Source: an uncultured Chloroflexia bacterium
Lineage (GTDB): Bacteria; Chloroflexota; Limnocylindria; Limnocylindrales; CSP1-4
Direction of reading: 5' to 3'
DNA length: 64,000 nucleotides
Assembly: GCA_963752475.1 (NCBI GenBank)
Contig: CAVVYR010000008.1
Location: 574,110-638,109 of the forward strand
Shown: positions 36,632 to 46,948 of the stretch, piece after piece
How positions within the stretch are numbered: position 1 is the stretch's first letter
Layout: the number at the start of each line of letters is the position of its first letter
The notes under the pieces: generated by a model
What the model saw: only the letters and a program-made list of their open reading frames with translations
What the model was told of the DNA's origin: nothing
Databases searched by the model: none
Position numbers and translations under genes: made by a program

Positions 36632-37195
36632 GTGACGAACGTGGTCTCCTCCGCACCTGAGTCATCGCCCCGTCGGTACGGCCGTGGAGCGGCTGCACTG
36701 CACTGGGTCACTGCCGTGCTCATCATCGTGCTGCTCGTGCAAGGCTTCCTCATGACGAAGTTCGAGGACGGCGCGCAGAAGACCCTTTTCTACCAGCTTC
36801 ACGTGACGTTGGGCTACTTCGCCCTCATCCTCTCGGTCGTGCGCGTGTGGTGGGCGCGGCGAGACCCTCGGCCTGGTCCGCTGGAGATGCCCCAGGCTGA
36901 AGCGCTCATGTTCAAGGTGATCCACTACGTGCTGGTGCTGGGCGCCGTGATCACGGCGATCGCCGGCATCCTGCTGCTTATCGGCAGCGGCATCGTGCCC
37001 ATCAGCCCGGCGGTCGACGCGGCGGAGGTCGATTCCTCGCTGATCTTCCGCAACGCTCACTTCATCTTCGCGCTGGGCATGGTCGTGCTACTGGTGGCGC
37101 ACCTCGCGGGCGGGATCATGTACCAGCGGCGCGCGGGCCAGACCTTCGGACGCATGCGCTGGCCACGCCAGTCACCCGACCCCTCAGGCGAGTAG
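36632..37195 (+). CDS. Cytochrome b561 family protein
   Basis: RY...LHW, LH, IHY, AH, AHL heme-ligand pattern; 4 TM. Confidence 0.88.
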   Translation: MTNVVSSAPESSPRRYGRGAAALHWVTAVLIIVLLVQGFLMTKFEDGAQKTLFYQLHVTLGYFALILSVVRVWWARRDPRPGPLEMPQAEALMFKVIHYVLVLGAVITAIAGILLLIGSGIVPISPAVDAAEVDSSLIFRNAHFIFALGMVVLLVAHLAGGIMYQRRAGQTFGRMRWPRQSPDPSGE

Positions 37196-37563
37196 CGCTC
37201 AGAGATCGGTCCCGCGACCGGTTCGATGTGGTCACCGGGAGCCTGCGCTACGTCCGTTCCTGTCGCGGGCAACCACACGGGCCCGAAGGGTGGTAGGTCT
37301 GGCGGACCCGGAGTAGCCTTGGCCCGAGCGCTTGTTGCGACGGGGGGTGGCATGGGTCTGCACCCAAGACGTCATCATCGATGGCTAGCGATGACCGCGA
37401 TGGCGGTCCTGCTGGTCCAGTCGTCGCTGGCTGTCCGCGCGCAGGAGCCGGCGGCCGAGGCGTCACCGTCGGACGCCGCTCATCGGGAGCCGCAGGTTGC
37501 GTCTGGGACGTGACCGGGTGGATGTCCCGTGGCGCGACTGTGTGGCGGCCCGGCCGCTAGCGT

Positions 37564-37914
37564 CTACGCGACCGGACCGATCCTGCGCGGTGGCCAGTAG
37601 CGGAACCAGGGACGGCCTTCGACCGTCTCGGTGCTGACCGACCCGAATGCGCGTGAGTCGGTCGATGCGCTATGCGCGTCGCCTGACAACCACAGTTCGC
37701 GGCCGTCCTCGAGGACCTCGGAGACGCGCTTCACCAGCAGGCGCGACGGCTCGCGCGGATCGGGCACGAGCACGAGATCACCCTCCGCCGGTGGCGTCGA
37801 GTCATAAGCCGCGGGGTCGGCCAGCAGCCAGTCGCCCGCGTCGAGCGTCGGGCGCATCGAGTCGCCCTCGACCGTCACTCGGGCGCCCCACGAGCGGATC
37901 AGTCGGCGGAGCAT
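37564..37914 (-). CDS. sodX: Ni-SOD maturation protease
   Basis: S26 motifs GDSMRPTL, LVKRV, STDSRAFG; adjacent to sodN. Confidence 0.9.
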   Translation of the reverse strand: MLRRLIRSWGARVTVEGDSMRPTLDAGDWLLADPAAYDSTPPAEGDLVLVPDPREPSRLLVKRVSEVLEDGRELWLSGDAHSASTDSRAFGSVSTETVEGRPWFRYWPPRRIGPVA

Positions 37915-38000
37915 CGGATCATCGGTGGTCGGCCTCCTGAATCAGAACGACCCGCCCAGGGCGGTCCCGAGCGGGTCGTCGTTCGGCTTGTGGGCCGAAG

Positions 38001-38414
38001 CTACATGCGGGTCTTCTCGGGACCGCCGGAACCCTTCCACATCTCGTCGATCTTGTCGATGAGCGAGAGCAGGTTGGCGGCGTCGTCCAGATCCACGCTG
38101 TGCTTGACGGAGCTGGCGGCCTTGGCGGCCTTCCAGCAGGTGTCGTGCAGGTCGGGATACTTCTCGACGTGCTCGGGCTTGAAGTAGTCATGCCAGAGGA
38201 CGTCGATGTGGTGCTTCACGAGCTCCGCGCGCTCCTCCTTGACGGCGATGGCGCGGGTACGGAAGACCTCATCGTCGGACGCGTGGTACTTCTCGATGAT
38301 TCGATAGCACGACTCGGCCTCGATGCGCGCCTGGGCGGGGTCATAGACGCCACAGGGGATGTCGCAGTGGGCGTGGGCGCTTCGCCCAGGGGCGATGAAA
38401 CGCAGCAGATCCAT
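38001..38414 (-). CDS. sodN: Nickel superoxide dismutase
   Basis: Ni-hook HCDIPCGVYDP after a short leader; LWHDYFK. Confidence 0.95.
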   Translation of the reverse strand: MDLLRFIAPGRSAHAHCDIPCGVYDPAQARIEAESCYRIIEKYHASDDEVFRTRAIAVKEERAELVKHHIDVLWHDYFKPEHVEKYPDLHDTCWKAAKAASSVKHSVDLDDAANLLSLIDKIDEMWKGSGGPEKTRM

Positions 38415-38608
38415 CAGATGCTCTCCTTCTCCGATCGCGTGGCACGGGTGGGGTCGTTCTGACCCCGCGCCGGGGCGTCGACTTGTGATTCTGCCATGGC
38501 CGCCATTGCGTGCCCGGAACCATCGCCACCGCGGACCTTGCGAATCGCAGTACGATTCCGAAGCAGCGATGGTCGTGCCCACGTCTGGCGCTGTCCCACG
38601 GAGCACCC

Positions 38609-39670
38609 TTGAACACCGACCTCCTCTTCTATCTCACGGTCTTCGCCGTGATGTCCGCGGTCATCATCGGCGCCGGCGTGCTGCTGGCCAAGTCCGGCGA
38701 TCGCATCGCGGACGTCACCGGCCTCGGCGGACTGCTCATCGGCATGGTCCTGGTGGCTGCCGCGACCTCGCTGCCGGAGATCGCCGTGGCCGTCAGCGCC
38801 GTCATCGTGGAGGGCTCGCCAGACCTGGCCATCGGCAACCTCTTCGGCAGCAATATGGCCAACATGGCGTTGCTGGCCATGGTGGACATCGCCTGGCGCG
38901 GCAAGGTCTGGCAGCACGTCGGCAGCGGCCATGCCCGCACGGCCGCGGTGGCCACCGCGCTCACCGCCATCGCCGTGCTCGCGGTGCTGCAGCCGTTCGA
39001 GATCGTGCTCGGTTGGGTCGGTATCGAGTCCATCGTCATCTTCGTCGGCTTCATCAGCCTCATCGCCTGGACCCACCGCTCGTCTACGCCGGCAGTGCCC
39101 ACCGGCGAGATCAGCCACGACCAGGTCAGCGCCGAAGACGCCGCGCGCCAGGAGCTGAGCGGCGCTGACGTGGCCGGTAGCCGGGCCATCCTCCACACGA
39201 TCCGCTGGGATCTGGCGAAGTTCGGCTTGGCCGCGCTGATCATCCTCGTCTCCGCACCCATCCTGGTCGATGCCGCTGATGGCATCGGCCGCGAGGCCGC
39301 GCTCAGCGACTCCTTCGTGGGCGCTTCGTTCCTGGCCTTCTCGACCTCCCTGCCGGAGCTGGCCACGGCCGTCGCTGCTGCGCGCATCGGCGCGTTCGAC
39401 CTGGCCGTCGGTTCGTTGCTGGGCAGCAACGCCTTCAACATGGCCATCATCCTGCTCACCGACCTGGCGTACACCGACGGTGCGATCCTCGCCGATGTGA
39501 GTGCGGCGCAGGCCTTCGTCGGGGTGAGCGCGATCTTGCTCATGTCCATCGTCGTGGCCGGTATCGTGCACGGCGCGAGGACCAAGTCCTGGAAGTTGGA
39601 GCCCGGCTCGGGCATGACCGTCATCGTCTACTTCATCCTCATGTACATGATCTTCAACTCGGGAGCCTGA
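38609..39670 (+). CDS. Ca2+/cation antiporter (YrbG family)
   Basis: Two alpha repeats: ATSLPE...GNLFGSN and STSLPE...GSLLGSN. Confidence 0.9.
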   Translation: MNTDLLFYLTVFAVMSAVIIGAGVLLAKSGDRIADVTGLGGLLIGMVLVAAATSLPEIAVAVSAVIVEGSPDLAIGNLFGSNMANMALLAMVDIAWRGKVWQHVGSGHARTAAVATALTAIAVLAVLQPFEIVLGWVGIESIVIFVGFISLIAWTHRSSTPAVPTGEISHDQVSAEDAARQELSGADVAGSRAILHTIRWDLAKFGLAALIILVSAPILVDAADGIGREAALSDSFVGASFLAFSTSLPELATAVAAARIGAFDLAVGSLLGSNAFNMAIILLTDLAYTDGAILADVSAAQAFVGVSAILLMSIVVAGIVHGARTKSWKLEPGSGMTVIVYFILMYMIFNSGA

Positions 39671-39682
39671 GCAGGAACGGGG

Positions 39683-42403
39683 ATGACAGACAGCGAGCAG
39701 AACGCCGCGCCACGCGCGGACCAGACCATCGAGCCCTGGAGGATCGAAGCCGCGGACGTCGCCTCGGCGCTCGAGACCTCGGTCGAGGCCGGCCTTGACG
39801 CAGCGGCCGCCGGCCGGCGCCTGGCCGAGTTCGGCCGCAATGAGCTGGTCGAGAAGGCTCAGCGGCCCACGTGGATGCTCTTCGTGGACCAGTTCACCAG
39901 CCCCATGATCCTCGTGCTCATGGCCGCGGCCGCGGTCACCTTCCTCATCGGCCACTCCAAGGACACCGTCGTGATCCTGGCCATCGTGCTCTTCAACGGG
40001 ATCGTCGGGTTCGTGCAGGAGTACCGCGCGGGCCAAGCGATGGACGCGTTGAAGCAGATGTCGTCACCGCAAGCGCGCGTCGTGCGTGATGGCGAGACGA
40101 TGCTGTTGCCGGCAGCAGAGGTCGTGCCTGGCGATGTCGTGCTCCTGGAGCAGGGCGACATCGTCACGGCCGACATGCGCCTGCTCGAAGCGCCGGGCCT
40201 GAAGATCAACGAGGCGCCGCTGACGGGTGAGTCGGAGCCGGTGGCCAAGGTCACCGCGCCGCTCCCCGACGTGGGTGCCGCGACCCCGGCCGACCAACGC
40301 AACATGGCCTTCTCCGGCACTGCGGTGACCCTCGGCAGGGCGCGTGGGCTGGTGGTCTCGACCGGCATGTCGACAGCCATCGGTCGCATCGCCGAGCTGC
40401 TGCAGGAGGGCGAGGACGAGGCCACGCCCCTGCAGAAGCGACTCGCTCAGTTGGGCAAGTGGCTGGCCATCGCAGCGCTGCTGATCTGTGCCGTGGTCTT
40501 CGGCTTGGGCATCGCGCGAGGCGAGCCGGCGGAAGACATGTTCCTCGTGGCCGTCTCGCTGGCCGTCGCGGCCATCCCCGAGGGCCTGCCCGCGGTGGTC
40601 ACGATCTCGCTGGCGCTGGGTGCCCGGCGGATGGCCGGACGACGGGCGCTGGTGCGACGGTTGCCGGCGGTGGAGACGTTGGGCTCGGTCTCGGTCATCT
40701 GCACCGACAAGACCGGCACACTCACCGAGAACCGCATGGTCGTCGAACGGTTGTGGACACCCAACGGCGAGTACGAGATCGACGGTGACGGCTACTCCCC
40801 CGACGGGACCGTCACGCCGTCGGCCGACGACGACTCCCTCGCCCGACGTGCCGCCGCCGTGGCCGCCGCCTGCAACGACGCCACCTTGGTGTCGCCCGAT
40901 GGCGGGGGTGATTGGGCCATCACGGGTGACCCCACCGAGGGCTCGCTGGTGGCCTTCGCGGCCAAGCTGGGCGTGGTCCAGAAGGACTTCAACGCCTACT
41001 GCCCGCGTGTGGCCGAGGTCTCGTTCGACTCCGAGCGCCGGCGCATGACCACCGTCCATGAGCGCGGCGAGTGCGACATCGACGTGCCCGAGCCCAACTG
41101 GGTCGCGGTCAAGGGCGCCATCGAGTCGATCGCCCCGCTGCTGGCCGGCGATCAGGGCTCGGCGATGGATGCCGCTCGCGAGGTGGCCGAGCGCTACGCC
41201 GCCGACGGCTACCGCGTCCTGGCCCTGGCCGATGCCGGCATCGAGGTCGTGCCCGACGAGCCCGAGGATGCCGAGCAGGGGCTGTGCCTGGTGGGCATCG
41301 TAGCCATGGCCGATCCGCCACGCGAGTCGGCTGCCGTGGCCATCGCCGAGGCCCGCTCGGCCGGTATCACGCCGGTCATGATCACCGGTGACCACCAGCT
41401 GACCGCCACCTCGATCGCTGAGCGGCTGGGCATGCTCGACGACGGGCGCGAGTCCATCACCGGCGAAGAGCTGGCCCAGATGTCCGACGAGGATCTGGCC
41501 GAGCGGGTCGAGCACATCGGCGTCTACGCCCGCACCAACCCCGAGCAGAAGCTGCGCATCGTCGATGCCTGGCGACAGCGTGGGGCCGTCTCCGCCATGA
41601 CCGGCGACGGCGTGAACGATGCGCCGGCGCTGCGAAAGGCGGACATCGGCGTAGCCATGGGCATCACCGGCACCGACGTGTCCAAGGAAGCCTCGGACAT
41701 GATCCTCGAGGACGACGACTTCTCGACCATCGTGCACGCGGTGGAGGAGGGGCGCCGGATCTATTCCAACATCCGTCGCTTCGTGCGTTACCTGCTGACG
41801 ACCAATAGCGCCGAGATCATGGTCATGGTGGCCGCACCCTTCCTGGGCCTGCCGCTGCCGCTGCTGGCCATCCAGATCCTCTGGATCAACCTCGTCACCG
41901 ACGGCGCCCCGGCGCTCTCGCTGGGCGTGGAGCCGGCGCACCCGCGGGCCATGAAGCAGCCGCCGCGCGACCCCAAGGCCTCGATCCTTGGTGGTGGCCT
42001 GTGGCAGCACGCCGTCTGGGTGGGCTTCATGATGACGGTGATCGTACTGGGCGTACAGGCTTGGTCCTACCACGGAGGCGCGTCCGAAGAGACGTGGCGC
42101 ACGCTCGTCTTCACCGTGCTCGCGTTCATGCAGCTCTCGCACGCGTTGGTCGTGCGATCGGAGCGTGAGTCGATCTTCACGCTGGGCCTGGGCACGAACA
42201 AGGTGCTGCTGGTCGTGCTGGTCATCAGCGCGCTCGTGCAGCTGTCGCTGGTCTACGTGCCCTTCCTGCAGCCGATCTTCGAGACGACCGCCCTTTCGGC
42301 CACGGAGCTACTGGTCGTGTTGCTGGTGACGCCCATCCCGTTCATCGCGGTCGAGATCGAGAAGTGGTTCACGCGTCGGCGCGAGGGTGACTCGGCTGCG
42401 TAG
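39683..42403 (+). CDS. P2A-type cation (Ca2+) transporting ATPase
   Basis: [38 protein letters not shown]. Confidence 0.95.
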   Translation: MTDSEQNAAPRADQTIEPWRIEAADVASALETSVEAGLDAAAAGRRLAEFGRNELVEKAQRPTWMLFVDQFTSPMILVLMAAAAVTFLIGHSKDTVVILAIVLFNGIVGFVQEYRAGQAMDALKQMSSPQARVVRDGETMLLPAAEVVPGDVVLLEQGDIVTADMRLLEAPGLKINEAPLTGESEPVAKVTAPLPDVGAATPADQRNMAFSGTAVTLGRARGLVVSTGMSTAIGRIAELLQEGEDEATPLQKRLAQLGKWLAIAALLICAVVFGLGIARGEPAEDMFLVAVSLAVAAIPEGLPAVVTISLALGARRMAGRRALVRRLPAVETLGSVSVICTDKTGTLTENRMVVERLWTPNGEYEIDGDGYSPDGTVTPSADDDSLARRAAAVAAACNDATLVSPDGGGDWAITGDPTEGSLVAFAAKLGVVQKDFNAYCPRVAEVSFDSERRRMTTVHERGECDIDVPEPNWVAVKGAIESIAPLLAGDQGSAMDAAREVAERYAADGYRVLALADAGIEVVPDEPEDAEQGLCLVGIVAMADPPRESAAVAIAEARSAGITPVMITGDHQLTATSIAERLGMLDDGRESITGEELAQMSDEDLAERVEHIGVYARTNPEQKLRIVDAWRQRGAVSAMTGDGVNDAPALRKADIGVAMGITGTDVSKEASDMILEDDDFSTIVHAVEEGRRIYSNIRRFVRYLLTTNSAEIMVMVAAPFLGLPLPLLAIQILWINLVTDGAPALSLGVEPAHPRAMKQPPRDPKASILGGGLWQHAVWVGFMMTVIVLGVQAWSYHGGASEETWRTLVFTVLAFMQLSHALVVRSERESIFTLGLGTNKVLLVVLVISALVQLSLVYVPFLQPIFETTALSATELLVVLLVTPIPFIAVEIEKWFTRRREGDSAA

Positions 42404-42467
42404 CGCCGGTCAACCAAGCGCTGGCGATACCATGGACACCCTTCCAGCCTCAGCAGGAGCGACCTAC

Positions 42468-43133
42468 ATGTCACAGATCCCTACGCCTCGCCGCGCCATC
42501 ATCGCCGGCGCCCTCGCGAGCCTGATGGTCGGCGCGGCCCTCCCGGTATCGGCCAACGTCAACATCCCTGAAGGTGGCGCCGTCACGCCCGACAGCGTGT
42601 TCCTCTTCCACCTCCGTGTCACCTCGACCTGTGATGGGGTGCCCATGGATGAGCTCGAGGTGAGCGTCCCCGAGAGCGTGGTGAATCCGCTGCCGGAGTC
42701 GGTGGCCGACTGGGGCACCAACATCGATGTTCCCGAGGAGGCCGACGGGCCGACCATCATCCGCTGGGACGACGGAGAGCTGGAGGACGGCCACCTGCTG
42801 GACTTCGGCATCCGCGCCCGGTTCCCCGATGAGCAGGATGCGGTCCTCGAGTTCCCGGTCACGCAGCGCTGCGGCGAGCTGGAGCAGACGTTCACACCGA
42901 CCATCCGGTTGACGACGCGTTTCGGCCAGGCCGAGATGGCGGCCATGGCCGATTCGGTGGACCAGCTGCGCGCCGACGTCGACACCCTGCGCGCCGATGT
43001 GGACAGGATCCAGGGCCAGATCGGTGAGGTCAACGTGACCGGGCTGCGCAACCGCGTCGTCGTCCTGGAGGAGACCGTGGTCGACCTCGACGAGCGGCTG
43101 GTCGTCGTCGAGGACGGAGCTTCGACCGAGTAG
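42468..43133 (+). CDS. Secreted YcnI/DUF1775-like protein with a C-terminal coiled coil
   Basis: Signal peptide; C-D-G, IRW, FPVTQRC pattern; heptad tail VDQLRADVDTLRADVD. Confidence 0.7.
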   Translation: MSQIPTPRRAIIAGALASLMVGAALPVSANVNIPEGGAVTPDSVFLFHLRVTSTCDGVPMDELEVSVPESVVNPLPESVADWGTNIDVPEEADGPTIIRWDDGELEDGHLLDFGIRARFPDEQDAVLEFPVTQRCGELEQTFTPTIRLTTRFGQAEMAAMADSVDQLRADVDTLRADVDRIQGQIGEVNVTGLRNRVVVLEETVVDLDERLVVVEDGASTE

Positions 43134-43174
43134 CGCACGAGCGGGCTCGACCCGCGACGGATCCAGGTAGCGAG

Positions 43175-43205
43175 GAAGCGCCCGCCTGACGATGGCGGGC
43201 GCTTC
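43175..43205. terminator. GC-rich hairpin, probable terminator
   Basis: GAAGCGCCCGCC-TGACGAT-GGCGGGCGCTTC, perfect 12-bp stem. Confidence 0.65.
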
Positions 43206-43466
43206 GGCTTGGGGCCTCGACCACGCAGCTCCAGCGGCCATCCCTTGATGGCTGAACTCGACGACATGGACGAAGAAGTACTGCAGCCCAGCCTCAAGCA
43301 GGCTCGGATCGTCAGTCCCGGTCTCCACTGGGCTGAGACCGAACACTCAGGGCCGCAGACTGGTTGAGATCAGCCAGGAGGGGATAGCCGAGTCGCGGCA
43401 CTCGCGACACCTGCGAGGTCACTGAGCAGCCAGTCCTGACGCATTCCACCCAGCAACCACAGCCAA
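43204..43466 (-). ncRNA. Candidate structured ncRNA
   Basis: Gene-free ~260 nt with at least 5 hairpins; ends pair (UUGGCU/AGCCGA); hairpin terminator follows. Confidence 0.35.
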
Positions 43467-43503
43467 CGGATCCTCGACGTGTCGTAGCCGATAGCATGGA
43501 CCG

Positions 43504-45375
43504 GTGAATTGGTTGATCGGCGTGGACGTCGGCGGGACGTTCACCGACCTCGTCGTCCTCGACGACGAGGGCCTCCACGGCCGCAAGGTGCCCACGAGCC
43601 CGCACCAGGCAGATGGCGTGGCGATGGCCGTGTCCGGGGAACGCGATGATGTCTTCCTGCATGGCACGACCGCGGCCACGAACGCCCTTCTCGAGGGGCG
43701 TGGAGCTCGTGTGGCGCTGGTGACCGACGAAGGCTACGAAGACCTCATCGAGATCGCTCGCCAGGAGCGCCCCTCGCTCTACGACCCCTTCGCCGACCGG
43801 CCACCACCGCTGGTGCCGCGCGCGGCCCGCTTCGGCTTCGATGGAAACGCTGACACCCTGCTGGCAGCCCTTGCGAGGGCCGAACCGGAGGCCGTGGCCA
43901 TCTCGCTGCTCGAGTCGTACGCCGATGCGACCACGGAGATCGAGTTGGAGCGCTATTGCACGGCGCTGGGGGTACCGGTCGTGCGCTCCTCGCTCGCATC
44001 GCCGGAGTTCCGTGAGTACGAGCGCACCGCCACCACCGCCCTCTCGGCCTACCTCACGCCCTCGGTGGCCGGCTACCTGGCCTCGCTCGAGCAGCGGCTG
44101 CCCATGACTCGCCGGCTGGTCATGACCTCCTCGGGGGGCCTGCTGCCGTTCGCTCGCGCCCCCGTCATGGCCGGGCGACTGGTGCTTTCCGGACCCGCCG
44201 GCGGAGCCGTGGCTGCGGCTGCGTTGGGGCACCACCATGGGGTCGAGACGGTCATCTCCTTCGACATGGGCGGCACGTCCACCGACGTCAGCCGCATCAC
44301 CGACGGCACTCCGGACGTCGCCAGTGGACACCGCGTAGGCGGCCGCACCAACCGCGTGCCCGCCATTCCCGTCCAGACCATCGGGGCCGGTGGCGGCAGC
44401 GTCGGTTGGATCGACGCGGGCGGCGCACTGCGGGTGGGTCCACGCTCGGCGGGCGCCCATCCGGGCCCGGCTGCCTACGGGCAGGGCGGCACCGACCCTA
44501 CCGTCACCGACGCCAATCTGGTGGCCGGGCACATCCCGCCGGATCTGTCGCTCGGTGGGACCGTCTCCCTGCAGCCCACGCTCGCACGGGACGCCCTGCG
44601 CCGTCTCGGGGCAGACGTGGGGCTCGACACGATGTCGGCCGCTGCGGGCATGCTCGAGATCGTGGACAGCCACATGGAGCACGCGCTGCGCGCGGTGTCC
44701 GTGGAAGAGGGTGCCGATCCCCGGGAGGCGGCGCTGGTGGCCTTCGGTGGGGCCGGCGGACTGCATGCCGCGCGGCTCGCTCGCCGACTGGGGATGCGCA
44801 AGGTGCTGGTGCCACCGCTGTCCGGCGTGTTCTCGGCTTTGGGTCTGCTGCTGGCCGCTCCGCGCAGCGACGCCACCCGGACCGTGATGGCTGCGGACGG
44901 CGTCGGTGACCTGGGCGCCTGGCGCCACGAGCTCGAGACGGAGGCCAGGAGCCGCTACGGCGAGACCTTCGGGTCCACGCCGCGCGAAGTCGGGGCCAGT
45001 GCCGACGTCCGCTACGCCGGCCAGTCGCACGAGCTGGAGGTCCCCGTCGATGCCGGCTGGGATGAGCTCCGGACGGCTTTCGTGGAGCTGCACCGGCAGC
45101 GCTTCGGGTTCGATCGCGCCAACGAGCCCATCGAGCTGGTCAACCTGCGCGCGGTGGCCCGCGGAACCGCGCCCATGACCTGGGATCAGCTGCCCCGGGT
45201 CGCAAGCGAGTCCAGGCCGCGAGGCCGCGACGGGGTCTGGTGGCGGGAGACGCTGCCAGTCGGGTTCGAACTCGACGGTCCGGCGCTGGTAGTGGAGACC
45301 GAGTCGGCCGTGCTGCTCGAGGCGGATGACCACCTCGTGGTCCTCGAGGACGGGACGCTGGAGATCGGGTCATGA
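43504..45375 (+). CDS. hyuA: Hydantoinase/oxoprolinase subunit A
   Basis: DVGGTFTD, HGTT..TNA, SGPAGG, DMGGTSTD, IGAGGGS. Confidence 0.9.
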   Translation: MNWLIGVDVGGTFTDLVVLDDEGLHGRKVPTSPHQADGVAMAVSGERDDVFLHGTTAATNALLEGRGARVALVTDEGYEDLIEIARQERPSLYDPFADRPPPLVPRAARFGFDGNADTLLAALARAEPEAVAISLLESYADATTEIELERYCTALGVPVVRSSLASPEFREYERTATTALSAYLTPSVAGYLASLEQRLPMTRRLVMTSSGGLLPFARAPVMAGRLVLSGPAGGAVAAAALGHHHGVETVISFDMGGTSTDVSRITDGTPDVASGHRVGGRTNRVPAIPVQTIGAGGGSVGWIDAGGALRVGPRSAGAHPGPAAYGQGGTDPTVTDANLVAGHIPPDLSLGGTVSLQPTLARDALRRLGADVGLDTMSAAAGMLEIVDSHMEHALRAVSVEEGADPREAALVAFGGAGGLHAARLARRLGMRKVLVPPLSGVFSALGLLLAAPRSDATRTVMAADGVGDLGAWRHELETEARSRYGETFGSTPREVGASADVRYAGQSHELEVPVDAGWDELRTAFVELHRQRFGFDRANEPIELVNLRAVARGTAPMTWDQLPRVASESRPRGRDGVWWRETLPVGFELDGPALVVETESAVLLEADDHLVVLEDGTLEIGS

Positions 45376-46922
45376 GCAGCTACGACGTCGACCCCATCAC
45401 GCTCGAGGTCGCGCGCAATCGCTTCAGTGCCATCGCCGACGAGATGGGCAGCGTGCTGCGGAGGACCGCGCTGTCACCCAACATCAAGGAGCGCGCGGAC
45501 TGCTCGGCTGCCGTATTCACCGCCGAGGGTGAGATGCTGGCCCAGGCAGAGCACATCCCCGTGCATCTCGGCTCGATGCCCGAGTCCGTGGCGGCGTGCC
45601 TGGCTCGCTTCGAGCCGGTCCCCGGGGTGCAGTACGCGGTCAACGACCCCTACCACGGCGGGACCCACCTCAACGACCTCACGATCGTGGCCCCGGTCTT
45701 CGTCGGTGGCGCGCACGTGGCCTGGGTGGCCAACCGCGCCCATCACGCTGACGTGGGCGGCGAGGCGCCCGGCTCGATGCCGGCACATGCCACCAGGCTG
45801 GAGCAGGAGGGGCACATCGTGGCCCCGACCCTGGCCGTATGCGAGGGCAGGTGGGTGGATGACTTCGTGACGCCGTTCGTCGCCGCCTCCCGCACGACCT
45901 GGGAACGGCGGGGTGACCTCGACGCGCAGATGGGTTCCAACGCGGTCGCCGTCAGGCGTTTGTCCGAGCTCGTCGCCCGCGACGGTCTCGATCGCTTCGA
46001 GGTCGTGACCGCAGCGATGCTCGACTACGGGCAGCGACGCATGGAGGCCGCCCTACGTGCCCTACCCGATGGTGCCTATCGCTTCTCCGATGTCATGGAG
46101 CAGGGGGAGCGCGACATCGGCATCAGTGTCACGGTCCGCATCGACGGCGAGACCCTCTCCGCCGACTTCGACGGGACCGACCCGCAGGTCGAGGCCAACT
46201 TCAACGCCGTGGAGGCGGTGACCCGCTCCTGCCTCTACTACGCGGTCCGAGTCGCGACCGATCCCACCATCCCGGCCAACGGTGGCTGCTACCGACCCTT
46301 GTCACTCGAGGCGCCCGTCGGCTCCATCGTCAACGCGCAGCCACCGGTCGCGGTGGCCGCGGGGAACGTGGAGACCAGCCAGCGCATCGCCGATGTCCTG
46401 CTGGGGGCGCTGGCGCAGGCGGCACCCCAGGTCGTCCCGGCCGCATCGCAAGGCACCATGAACAACGTACTCATCGGGAACGATGACTTCGCCTACTACG
46501 AGACGGTTGCGGGCGGGCAAGGGGGCCGGCCTGGTCGCGCCGGCCAGTCGGGCATCCAGACGGGCATGACCAACACGCAGAACACTCCCATCGAGGCACT
46601 GCACACGCATTACCCCTTCCGGGTGACGGCCTACACGCTGCGGCGAGGCAGCGGTGGCAACGGGGCCTTCCGTGGTGGTGACGGCATCCGACGCGAGATC
46701 GACTTCGAGGTTCCGGCCACGCTGTCGTTGATGGGAGAGCGCCGACGTCATCGGCCCTGGGGTCTGGCCGGCGGCGAGCCGGGTGCGACCGGTGAGGACT
46801 GGCTGGTGCGCGCGTCGGGTGTTCGGGAGCGGCTGCCGGGCAAGGTCACCATCGACGTCGGGCCCGGCGACCGGCTGGTCGTGCTCACGCCGGGCGGTGG
46901 TGGCTGGGGTGAGCCGGGCTGA
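45372..46922 (+). CDS. hyuB: Hydantoinase/oxoprolinase subunit B
   Basis: SPNIKERADCS, HIPVHLGSM, NDPYHGGTHLND, TPGGGGWG. Confidence 0.9.
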   Translation: MSSYDVDPITLEVARNRFSAIADEMGSVLRRTALSPNIKERADCSAAVFTAEGEMLAQAEHIPVHLGSMPESVAACLARFEPVPGVQYAVNDPYHGGTHLNDLTIVAPVFVGGAHVAWVANRAHHADVGGEAPGSMPAHATRLEQEGHIVAPTLAVCEGRWVDDFVTPFVAASRTTWERRGDLDAQMGSNAVAVRRLSELVARDGLDRFEVVTAAMLDYGQRRMEAALRALPDGAYRFSDVMEQGERDIGISVTVRIDGETLSADFDGTDPQVEANFNAVEAVTRSCLYYAVRVATDPTIPANGGCYRPLSLEAPVGSIVNAQPPVAVAAGNVETSQRIADVLLGALAQAAPQVVPAASQGTMNNVLIGNDDFAYYETVAGGQGGRPGRAGQSGIQTGMTNTQNTPIEALHTHYPFRVTAYTLRRGSGGNGAFRGGDGIRREIDFEVPATLSLMGERRRHRPWGLAGGEPGATGEDWLVRASGVRERLPGKVTIDVGPGDRLVVLTPGGGGWGEPG

Positions 46923-46948
46923 CGGCGACGCCTCGGTGGGCTGAGCGT

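Noticed and set aside
43204-43466. tmRNA, RNase P or SRP RNA
   Set aside because: Lacks tRNA-like ends with a T-loop, GAGGAAAGUCC, and the SRP GGAA/AGCAG core.
40064-45333. Long antisense ORFs (e.g. 40064-42142, 43312-45333; likewise 28870-30477 and 19102-21090)
   Set aside because: Shadow frames of well-supported genes in high-GC DNA, with no motifs of their own.
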